Assembly: GCA_900299185.1 (NCBI GenBank) | Contig: OMIV01000143.1 | Span: forward strand, 6,688 to 70,687 | Direction: 5' to 3' | DNA length: 64,000 nt | From: Planctomycetaceae bacterium | Lineage (GTDB): Bacteria; Planctomycetota; Planctomycetia; Planctomycetales; Planctomycetaceae | Part shown: in pieces, positions 15,898 to 25,400 of the stretch | How the letters are laid out: each line of letters opens with the position of its first letter | Numbering within the stretch: the stretch's first letter is position 1 | The notes under the pieces: generated by a model | What the model saw: only the letters and a program-made list of their open reading frames with translations | Databases searched by the model: none | What the model was told of the DNA's origin: nothing | Translations under genes and position numbers: made by a program

Positions 15898-18800
15898 ATG
15901 CTGTTCGTTCCTCGTCGCTGCGTTGTCGCCTTGATGTGCTGCTGGCTGACTGGTCAGCCAGGTGTCGTTGTCGCGCAAGCACCCAGCGGCCAAGACGCCA
16001 GCCTGAAGCGATATGTCGAACTCCTGGAACGGCAGCCGAAGTCTGGAACGGTCTTCGACAAGCTCTACTCGCAGCACGCCGAACGCGGATCGTTGGACGA
16101 ACTGGTCTCGCACTATCAGCAGCGGATGAAGTCGCCCCCACATGACGGCGCGGCAGCGTTCATTGTCGGACTGATCGAGCTGCAACGAGGTCGCGATTCA
16201 GCAGCCGTCGCCGCGTTGCGTGCGGCTGAGTCGGCTCGTCCCGAGGACGCGCTCGTAAGTCTCGCATTGAGTCGCGCGCTGTTGTTGATTGGTGACCTCG
16301 ATGAAGCCACGCGCGCCTTTGATCGAGCCCTGACCAAGAAACCCAATCGACTGGATGTTCTCGACGCCGCGCTGTCGTTTGGTCAGTCGCTGCTGCGAGC
16401 TAATCGACAGCAAGATGCTGACCGAATTTGGAAGCAGCTCGATCAGCTCTTTCCGAATGACCCGCGAGTTCAAGAACGGCTGGCGGTGACAATAAGCACC
16501 GGCGGAGATCATGCCGCAGCAGCCGCTCGCTTCGAGAAGCTCAGTCGCTCTAGTGCCGAACCCAATCAACGCGTTCTCTGGCAAGTCCGTGCTCTCGAAG
16601 AGCGAGTTCTGCAAGGCGCCAAGTTGGCGGAAGTGCTCGGCCAGCTTGAGTCGCTGCAAGGCAATCTGAAGTCCGATAGTTGGATCGCCAAAGAGGTTGG
16701 TCAGCGCATCGAACAGCTCTTTCTGCGAACGGATGATCTCGCCGGATTGACGGCCTATTACCAACAGCAAGCTACTACTCGCCCCGAAGACATCGGCCTG
16801 CAAACTCGGTTGTCAGAACTACTCGCGCGACGCGGCAAGCTCGACGACGCACTCGCGGTCTTGCTGGCCGCTCAGCAACGTCATCCCACCAACGCTGCGT
16901 TACGACGCTCGGTCATCGACTGGCAACTGAAGCTGAAGAGATACCCTGCGGCGCAGCAGCAGTTCGCGGAACTGGATCGACTCGAACCTCGAAACGCCGA
17001 CACGTTACGAGGCTGGGGGCAAGCCGTTTGGTTGGATGAATCACAACCGGCTGGTTCACGTCGCGAAGCCGCTTTGGCGATTTGGATGAAGCTCGTTGAA
17101 AGCAAACCCAACGACGCGATCACGCTGCTGCAAACGGCAGAATTGTTACAGCGGCATGAACTCGATGCTGAAGCTCAAACGCTCTATCAGCGAGCCATCA
17201 ACGCCGCTCCGCACGAGCCGCAATACCGCGAAGACTTCGGCAACTTCTGGCTCTCACGCAATCGACGAGCAGAAGCACTGGCAGCCTGGCGCGAGATCGC
17301 CAGCGGCGAGCGCCAGACTCATGAGAACCAAGTCCGCCTGGCAAGCATCCTGCATCGAGCCGGCGAACTCGATGAAGCCCTCACCGTGCTCGCTACAGCC
17401 TGCCGCGACGAAGCCTCGCTTGCCGACATCTTGAAGTGGATCGAGTGGCAACGCGCGGCCCGCCGTTACGAAGGTCTGGCTGAGCTGATCGCGCGAGCTT
17501 CAAAGCTCGCCACTGATGTCGACCAACAACAGCACGTGCAGCAAGCTGAGCTAGAGTGGCTGACCGATAGCGGCGGTCTGTTTGATGAGATCACACGCAC
17601 GCGGCAGCGCTGTGAGCAAGATCCTGCGGCCACAAGTTGGCGACGATTAGCTGTGCTCTGTCGAGCGGCGCGGCGCTGGGATGAAGCCCTCGCGGCGATT
17701 CATCGAGCTACCGATTTAGAGCCCGGCTCGGTTGCGACGTGGCGTGAGTCTGCTCAGATCGCGATGAGCGCCGAGCGACCTCACGAAGCCCTCGCGATCT
17801 ATCGCCGTCTGCTGACGCTCGACTCCGCCCATCGAGCCGACGTGCTGCGCCAAGTGGCGACGCTTGAAAGTCGACTCGGACATGTTGACCCGGCCATTCA
17901 GGCGGCGCGCGAGATGACTGAAGTCGCTCCCGGCCAGCGCGAGTACCTCGACTTCTTCATCAATCTCTGTCTGCAACACGGTCGCGTCGAAGATGCCCTC
18001 GCGTCCTTGCGGCGAGCTGTTCGCGCCTTTCCCAACGACGCCAGCTTGCTGATGCAGTTGGCCGGCATCTTGGCGGGCCAAGAACGACTCGGCGAAGCCA
18101 TCGAAGTCGGATGGCAAGGCTACTCGACCGCCCGCGAACCGCGCGATCAAGTGCGGATCGCCGAACGCTTGGCGTTGTGGCATCAGCAAGCGAATCGCTG
18201 GCCGCTGTTCTTGGAACAGTTCGAACGACGTAAGCGTGAACCAGCAGGCGAATACGCCGCCACGCTCAGCCTCGCTGCGGGCTATCGCGCCGTTGGCGAC
18301 TTCGAGGCGGCTCGTCGAGAACTTGCCACTCAGCTCGTCAGCCGTCCCGATGATGTGGAATTATTGCGACAGCTCGTGCTCGATGCCGAAGCTCATCACC
18401 ACTGGTCCGATGCCGCTGAATTCCAACGTCGACTTGTCGAGCGGCAGCCCAACTTCGAAGAGCGACTGAAGCAAATACTCTTGATGGATCGTTCGGGAGA
18501 TGAAACCAGCTCGATCCAGAAAGCTCGTGAACTTGGTGCCGAGTTACGAGACCTGCCGACCTTTCTGAACTTCTCCGATGAGATCCTCAATCGAGGTCAC
18601 TTCGAACTCGCCGTGCGTGTGGTCGACTCGCGGTTGCGAGCCAATGCGTCCGAGTGGCCGGTGCGGTTGCGACTGGGCATTGCTCTCTGGCGAACCGGAC
18701 GCCAACTCGGAGCACAGCAACGCTTTCGAGAGATCCTGGTGCCAGTTCGCACCAGCAATACGTCGTCCGCAACGACAGCAGCGAAACCAAATATCGCAAC

Positions 18801-21800
18801 TTCGACCAACGACGGCGTCAGCATCTCCGAGCAACATTGGCAACGCCGCGCAGCGGCTACAGGCATGGCATCGTTTCTCTTCCCCCATGAGTTCACCGAT
18901 CCGCGACACTTACCGCGCGATATGCCCGAAGCCCGCATCGCCGCTCGCACCGCCCTGCTGCTGATCGGTCGCGGCACCGTCTTGAAGAAGGACATCGATC
19001 AATACTTCCAGTCGCTGCGACGGTTCGAACCGGCGCTGAGCACATTTGCCGATCGAATGCTTGCCGCTTCTCCACGCAGCAACGACGCAGCCGCAACCCC
19101 TGAGTTGGATGATGTCTGGGAGTGGTACCACGCGCTCGAACCCGTGGTGGCTCAATCGCACAACATCCATCTCTTTCGAGTCCGAGTGCGTGCGGCACTG
19201 AAACTCGCCGAGCAACCCGACGTCTTCAGTCATTGGGCTTTAGTCACTGCCGTCCCGGCTTCGCCAACACTCGAAGCAAACAACGGACGACCTGGCAACG
19301 AGCCGAGAACTCACGAACTGGTGACGATGGCGGCACTGCCGGATCTCGATGAGCGACTGGCAGCCAGTCGCAAGATCGTTGAAGCCGGGCCGTATGAATG
19401 GATGAAGCCGCGCTCCACTCGTGATGTTGAATCGACAGCCAAAGAGTTCGCCTCGGCAGCCGACTTCTTCAAGTTGCCTGCGGACCGACGACCGGAAGAC
19501 ATACCAGCCGCGACTCTTCAGGCATGGGGTCAAGCCGCAGTGACGACGAACGACGGCCCGTTGTTCGCTCGGCTCTTGGAACACGAACTCCGTCAGCTCG
19601 CACGTGCGCTGACTCAGCCTCTGAAGCCCGAATGGCAACCAAACTGCCGCTCATTGGTCGCGATCACATCCAACCGCGATGCCCAGAAGCCGGACGACAA
19701 ACTCCTGCTCCGTAAAGTGTCATCGTTCTTACTCAACATGGCGCTAGCACCCGCGTCCCCGAAGATCGTTAGCCAGGAAGTGATCCATCAGTTTGAAAAG
19801 CCCTTCGATCGCGAGTCGAATGAACTGCGCGACTTGCGAGTCATCGCGCGAGCTTTTGTGCTGTGGCGAGCCGGACAAGGCGCGATCACCGCGAACGGTA
19901 AGACGTCGACCTCACCCGGCGCTTTGCACGAGCAAGCTCAAGCGGCACTCGACTGGCTGCAAGCTGCACTCAACGAGACTCCGAACAACTACGCGCTTCG
20001 ATGCGAACTCGTGCTGTTGCTCAAGGAAGCAGAGCTGGTGGCCCGCGCGATCGAAGTCTTGAAGCAAGCTCAACCGAATGACTCGCTGAGTTTGTTTCAT
20101 CGCGACCGCACGCTGGTCGAACTCGGACAAGTGCAACGCGACGACGCGACAGTGCATGCCGCCGCGCGGCGTTTGGCAGCTCTCACAACCAACAGCCTGA
20201 CCGAACGTGAGATCGCGGCGCTGCTCATCAACTTGCAGGAACGCGACCTCGCTCTGCAGAAGGTCAATGAACTGCGACGCCGCTCAGGTCACGACCTGGG
20301 TTTGTTGGGCACGTTGTTGAAGATGTACCAACAGCTCGAGCAACCGCAGCTCGCCGCCGCGGTCGCGCATGACATCCTGACGCGAGTGCCCGAGTACCCC
20401 GTAAAGTCGCAGGGCACCTACACGCTGCAATCCAACACGATCATTCCTGATTCGCTGGCGGTGCTGGAGAAGGCCGAGAAGTCGTTCATCGAACCGCTGA
20501 TCGCGAGCCTCGATGCGGAGTTGCAGGTGCATCCGCAAGCAGCTCGTCCGCGCGAGTTGCTCAAGACTTATCGAGCTTTGATCGGCCAAGCCGAAGTCGG
20601 TGCCGTGCGCCGCGATGAAGTCACTAAGGCTCAAGGTCTGACCGCACCGCAATTGCTCGATCGAGCGCGACAACTCAGCGACGAAGGCCAGCGTGCAACT
20701 GCTTGCGAGCTTTCCGTGCTGGCGTATCGACGCGACCCCAAGTTGCTGCAGAGTCGGTTTGATGATGCGAGAAAGCTCTTCGCAGCGGCAGACCGAGGCA
20801 GTGATTTGTTGGCGTTGATTGTTGAACTCAAGCTAGCCGCAACTCCGGCGCTGCAAGACTCGGTCATTGAGTTTGCCCTCGAACGACTCGCCGACCCGCA
20901 AGCGGCCGATGTCGCGACAACTGTGCTCACGACGGCCTGGCCCATCATTCCTGCGAAGCGGCTCGACGACATCGCACAGCTCCATCATCCGCACCTGTGG
21001 AGACAATCGTCACCATTCACGCAGTGGGCATTGCAAGCCGTTATCCCGCAGACTGTCGACGCTGCGAAGCAACCCTGGCTGGGCATGATGAGCCGCCATG
21101 ACCAGACATCGTCCGCTCTGACACGACAGCTCGATGCCAATGGTCGAGCAGCAGTTCTGCGTGAAGCCACGCTCGCAGCACGAAAGACGTACCCCCACTG
21201 GAAGACGGGAGAAGTCATTCTGGCTCTGATCGAAGCCGACGAAGGACGCACCGTGGACTTCGAACGTCGGCTGACGGCGTTAGCGTCTGAACCGGATTTG
21301 CCCCTTCAAGCGCAGTTCGTGATCGCTGATGAAATCGCCAAGCGGCAGTCAGTCGAACGGATGGCAATTCGCGTCATGGAGCAGCTCGTAAAGCGACCTC
21401 ATGCGGAAGCCCGAGACCTCGCAAAAGACCCAGCTATCGTGCTGTCGAAGGTCTATCGTCGAGCTGGCCAAAGCGAGGCCTGCATCCCGTTGCTCGGTAG
21501 TTGGTTTGATCAACAGACGCGGTACGAAGACCAAGCCCAGCAGCAAGCGGAAGCTGAGACTTCGCTGCGTCGTATCCGCAACCTCGATCTCGCTGCCGGG
21601 GAGTTATCCTTACATCCGGTTCAGGCTCTGAGGTATCGACTGCGAGCGTTGCGACTGCTGGCGGCAGACAAGAAGACGGTGCCAACACGCGAGCGGCTGA
21701 CACTGGCTGCCGATGTCTTAGCTCGCACCACTGACGTGCTCAACAAAGCCTCGCCCAGCGATGCAGACTCGTTCTTCCAGCAATGGCTGTCCGCAGAACA

Positions 21801-22317
21801 ACAACTCGACGTACCAACTTTGTTGGTCGCATCTTCGAACGCCGCGACCGTTCGAGCCACGAGCCTGCTGGCTGAAGCTGCTCCCACGCTGGTCAACGAA
21901 CGGCCTGAGATCATCGAGACTGTTCGTCAGCGACTCCTCTCCAGAGCCGATGCGCAACGCGATTGGATGGCTCGCGTCGCACTGCTGCAGATCAATCTTT
22001 CGATGACGACAGCCACGGAAGAAGAACTCGCGCGAGAGCTCGAAGCCATAGCCACGGCGAACGACAGCAACGCAACCCGTTGGCTTAATGTCATCCCGAT
22101 TTTGAACCCGACGCTGACGCACTCATCAGCCCGAGTGCGAGCAGTTGCCGACGGACTTGCCAGGCGAGCAACGACCGCCGCGAGCCAGACCTCACCGCTT
22201 TGGGAAACCGCCGTTGAGTGGGAGCAACTGCAAGCCGCTCACGCACTCGGCGACCTGCCCCGTGAAGAGCAACTCGCCAAGCGGCTGACCGAGTTGTCGA
22301 CACCAGCAACCAAATGA
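15898..22317 (+). CDS. giant secreted TPR/helical-repeat protein (2139 aa)
   Basis: Signal-like N-terminus MLFVPRRCVVALMCCWLTGQPGVVVAQA. An uninterrupted Leu/Ala/Arg/Glu-rich helical repeat runs the whole length, with TPR-like units such as EATRAFDRALTKKPNRLDVLDAALSFGQSL and AQTLYQRAINAAPHEPQYREDFGNFWLS. No catalytic motif seen. Confidence 0.8.
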   Translation: MLFVPRRCVVALMCCWLTGQPGVVVAQAPSGQDASLKRYVELLERQPKSGTVFDKLYSQHAERGSLDELVSHYQQRMKSPPHDGAAAFIVGLIELQRGRDSAAVAALRAAESARPEDALVSLALSRALLLIGDLDEATRAFDRALTKKPNRLDVLDAALSFGQSLLRANRQQDADRIWKQLDQLFPNDPRVQERLAVTISTGGDHAAAAARFEKLSRSSAEPNQRVLWQVRALEERVLQGAKLAEVLGQLESLQGNLKSDSWIAKEVGQRIEQLFLRTDDLAGLTAYYQQQATTRPEDIGLQTRLSELLARRGKLDDALAVLLAAQQRHPTNAALRRSVIDWQLKLKRYPAAQQQFAELDRLEPRNADTLRGWGQAVWLDESQPAGSRREAALAIWMKLVESKPNDAITLLQTAELLQRHELDAEAQTLYQRAINAAPHEPQYREDFGNFWLSRNRRAEALAAWREIASGERQTHENQVRLASILHRAGELDEALTVLATACRDEASLADILKWIEWQRAARRYEGLAELIARASKLATDVDQQQHVQQAELEWLTDSGGLFDEITRTRQRCEQDPAATSWRRLAVLCRAARRWDEALAAIHRATDLEPGSVATWRESAQIAMSAERPHEALAIYRRLLTLDSAHRADVLRQVATLESRLGHVDPAIQAAREMTEVAPGQREYLDFFINLCLQHGRVEDALASLRRAVRAFPNDASLLMQLAGILAGQERLGEAIEVGWQGYSTAREPRDQVRIAERLALWHQQANRWPLFLEQFERRKREPAGEYAATLSLAAGYRAVGDFEAARRELATQLVSRPDDVELLRQLVLDAEAHHHWSDAAEFQRRLVERQPNFEERLKQILLMDRSGDETSSIQKARELGAELRDLPTFLNFSDEILNRGHFELAVRVVDSRLRANASEWPVRLRLGIALWRTGRQLGAQQRFREILVPVRTSNTSSATTAAKPNIATSTNDGVSISEQHWQRRAAATGMASFLFPHEFTDPRHLPRDMPEARIAARTALLLIGRGTVLKKDIDQYFQSLRRFEPALSTFADRMLAASPRSNDAAATPELDDVWEWYHALEPVVAQSHNIHLFRVRVRAALKLAEQPDVFSHWALVTAVPASPTLEANNGRPGNEPRTHELVTMAALPDLDERLAASRKIVEAGPYEWMKPRSTRDVESTAKEFASAADFFKLPADRRPEDIPAATLQAWGQAAVTTNDGPLFARLLEHELRQLARALTQPLKPEWQPNCRSLVAITSNRDAQKPDDKLLLRKVSSFLLNMALAPASPKIVSQEVIHQFEKPFDRESNELRDLRVIARAFVLWRAGQGAITANGKTSTSPGALHEQAQAALDWLQAALNETPNNYALRCELVLLLKEAELVARAIEVLKQAQPNDSLSLFHRDRTLVELGQVQRDDATVHAAARRLAALTTNSLTEREIAALLINLQERDLALQKVNELRRRSGHDLGLLGTLLKMYQQLEQPQLAAAVAHDILTRVPEYPVKSQGTYTLQSNTIIPDSLAVLEKAEKSFIEPLIASLDAELQVHPQAARPRELLKTYRALIGQAEVGAVRRDEVTKAQGLTAPQLLDRARQLSDEGQRATACELSVLAYRRDPKLLQSRFDDARKLFAAADRGSDLLALIVELKLAATPALQDSVIEFALERLADPQAADVATTVLTTAWPIIPAKRLDDIAQLHHPHLWRQSSPFTQWALQAVIPQTVDAAKQPWLGMMSRHDQTSSALTRQLDANGRAAVLREATLAARKTYPHWKTGEVILALIEADEGRTVDFERRLTALASEPDLPLQAQFVIADEIAKRQSVERMAIRVMEQLVKRPHAEARDLAKDPAIVLSKVYRRAGQSEACIPLLGSWFDQQTRYEDQAQQQAEAETSLRRIRNLDLAAGELSLHPVQALRYRLRALRLLAADKKTVPTRERLTLAADVLARTTDVLNKASPSDADSFFQQWLSAEQQLDVPTLLVASSNAATVRATSLLAEAAPTLVNERPEIIETVRQRLLSRADAQRDWMARVALLQINLSMTTATEEELARELEAIATANDSNATRWLNVIPILNPTLTHSSARVRAVADGLARRATTAASQTSPLWETAVEWEQLQAAHALGDLPREEQLAKRLTELSTPATK

Positions 22318-22468
22318 GTCGCTCATTCTGATATCGGAAGCTTCATCGTCGCTTCGTTTGAACTTGGCTCGTTCATCACGCGCCGAAGTGAAGACGCGAT
22401 GCACTCAAATCACCGCAGCACAAACACGGGTGTCTGTACTGCGGCGTCGAGATGTTGTTCCTCGCGGC

Positions 22469-25400
22469 TTAGATCGAATCGATCCAGTCAGCGATGAAGA
22501 TGAAGCCCAAGAGACGCTCGGTTGTTTGACGATTCACGCTGTCATCGGAAGTGGCCCCCAAGATGATCGCGGAGTCCGTCCCAGCGTTTCCGGCGATGAC
22601 GTCGGCTCCGGCATCGCCACGCATCAGGTCGTCACCGGCATTGCCGCGCAACGAATCATTGCCAACTCCACCGATCAGTGTGTCATTTCCACTACCGCCG
22701 TTGATCGAGTCGTTACCGGTGTAACCCGACAGAGCATCGTCGCCATCGTCGCCATTGAGCGTGTCGTTGCCGGCTCCACCATTGAGCGTGTCGTTACCCG
22801 CACCGCCGCTGATGAAGTCGTTGCCGGCTCGGCCCTTGAGCACGTCGGCACCATCCCCGCCATCCAGCGAGTCGTTGCCAGAACCGCCCAAGAGAGTGTC
22901 GTTGCCCACGCCGCCAATGAGCACCGCCGAACCCGAGAAGCTCGTCGCGTCCAACGTGTTGGCACTATCGCCGCCCGTGAGACGGACTCGATCAATCGAA
23001 CTGAGCGTGTCGGTATCGAAGCCAATGAAAGTGCTATCGCTGATCGTGAAATTCCGATCGCCCGAAGCGCTGATAGAGTCCACTCCCGCATCGCCGTTGA
23101 CGATGTCGCCGCCCAAGCCGGAGTCGAGCGAATCGTCTCCGTCGCCACCATTGAGTTGATCGGCTGCCGATCCCGAACGAATGGTGTCGTTCCCCGCGCC
23201 GCCATTGATGGTGACCGAACGAGAATATGCAGTCGTATCAATCGTGTTGGCAGCCGCGCTGCCGTTGATTGTCACGCGTTCGAACGGGCTAACAAGAACT
23301 TGGGCTCCATTGTTGAGGAACATGTCAATTCCATCGCCCGTGACATAAGTCTCGAAGAGCGTGAGCGTCGTCTGAGCTGTAAGACGCAGTACATCGTCTC
23401 CGTCTCCACCGTCGACAACATCGTCACCTGCTCCTGGGATTAAGGCGTCTCGACCAGAGCTACCGACGAGTTGGTCGTTACCGTCGTTGCCAGTCAACGA
23501 GTCATTGCCAGCTTCGCCATTCAGAAAGTCGTTCCCCAAGTCGCCCTGAAGTGAGTCGTTACCCGTTCCACCAAGTAGGTAGTCATCTCCGTCACTGCCC
23601 ATGAGGGAGTCGTTACCTATTTCGCCAACGAGATTGTCATTACCCGCGTTGCCTTGGATCTTGTCGTTGCCATCGCCTCCACGAATGAAGTCACTGTTAT
23701 TGCCACCAATCAACGTATCATTTCCGCCCTGCCCCGAGAGTCCCACAGGGCCCCGGAACTTCGACGCGTCGATGAAATCAGGCCCATCGGAACCAGAGAT
23801 GTTGGCAAATTCGATGCTGCGAAGCGTGTCGCGTCCGAGACCGACGGCCGAGGTATTGGTCAACACGTAGGACGGCGATGTGAAGAATTCGAGCAACTGA
23901 TCTTGGCCGCTGCCGCCAGCCACCAAATCGTCGCCGTAGTTGCTGGTAATGGTGTCGTCGCCGTCGCCCCCTAAGAGGGTGTCGTTCAATGGAGAGCCAA
24001 TTAAGAAGTCGCCTCCGGCACCACCGTTGAGCAACGATCGAGCGGTTTGACTCTGAAGAATGTCTTCGCCTTCGAGACCGAAGAACTGCGTGCTCCTCAG
24101 CGACGTATAAGCTTCGATAATCAGGTCGGTTTCGGCAGTACCTGTGACTGTCAGCGATTCGATGTCTGCGAAGGACATGAAGTGTGAGCGGTCATCGTCG
24201 ATGAAAACTTGATTGCCGAGGAATTCGATTCGACCCGCTCGCGGCAGCGTGTAACCCATGAAGTCGTTGCCCTGATCTCCGTTGATCACATCATCGCCGT
24301 AATAGGCTTCACCCTGACCGAGCGGCACATAGTCAAAAATGTCGTCGCCGGCGCCGCCGCTTTGAGTGTCGTCGCCATCATCGCCTTGCAACACGTCTTG
24401 GCCCGTTCCACCTCGCAGCACGTCGTTGCCAGGTCCACCCAGCAAGACGTCGTCACCACTCACTCCATCGAGAACGTCTTGGCCTACGTCACCGATCAAG
24501 ATGTCGCCACCGCCTCCACCATTCAGGCTGTCATCACCTTCGCCGCCATCCAATACATCGATGCCAGCACCGCCTTGGATGGTGTCATCTCCTCCATTGC
24601 CTTGGATGCCGTCGTTGTTGCGACCACCGATCAGCAGATCGTTGCCGTTGCTACCAGAAATCATGAGTGGTCTGGAGTACGCAGACGCATCGACTAGGCC
24701 GCCAAAGAAAAATCGACTGAGAGACAACGAGGCGTTCTCAATTCCGCTGAAGGTGGAATGGCCAAAAGTGTCAGACGGGAACGGGATCAATCCGCTGTTG
24801 GTAGCGACGTCTTCAAAACTCAAACCCGTAGAGATGACCGTCTGGAAGAACGCCTGGAATTCGGGTTCTCCCAAGAGGTGATCCAGTTCGGGACTTTCTC
24901 CGCGATGATGATTGAGAGCTTCACCCAGCTCGCCCCCGATCGAGTTCGATTTGATGAAGGCACTCAACGCCAAATTCATCTCATCGACACCGGCGGAGCC
25001 CAGCAAACTCTGGGTAGAAATTGTGACAGTGCCGGCTGGCAGGTCACTCGGCAATTGCCCTTCACCGATAATGAACTCGTAGCCCAACGTGACGTCAGAG
25101 TCGGTTAGCGTGATCTGTGAGAAAGATGACTCAACGAGCTGGTCATCACCCAGCCCACCATCCACCGAGTTAATGCCAGAGCCACCACTCAACGAATCGT
25201 TGCCCGCGCTGCCGCTGACGTCGTCATCGTCCTCGTCACCGGAGACCACGTCGTCGCCATCACCGCCATCGAGTAGGTCGTTGCCAGAGCCACCTGAAAG
25301 TAGGTCCGCTCCATCACCACCTTGCAGCAAGTCGTCTCCAAACCCGCCGAAGATGGATTCCGCTGCAGCACTGCCAATGACCGTATCGTTGCCAAACCCG

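Noticed and set aside
22358-23443. 361-aa plus-strand ORF (and 22755..23159, 24209..24881, 25089..25529, 25691..26245) antisense to the RTX gene
   Set aside because: These are mirror-frame artefacts of GC-rich, repeat-encoding DNA. The translations are low-complexity (Ser/Pro/Val/Ala runs), while the minus-strand frame has unmistakable RTX, LOX and P-domain motifs.
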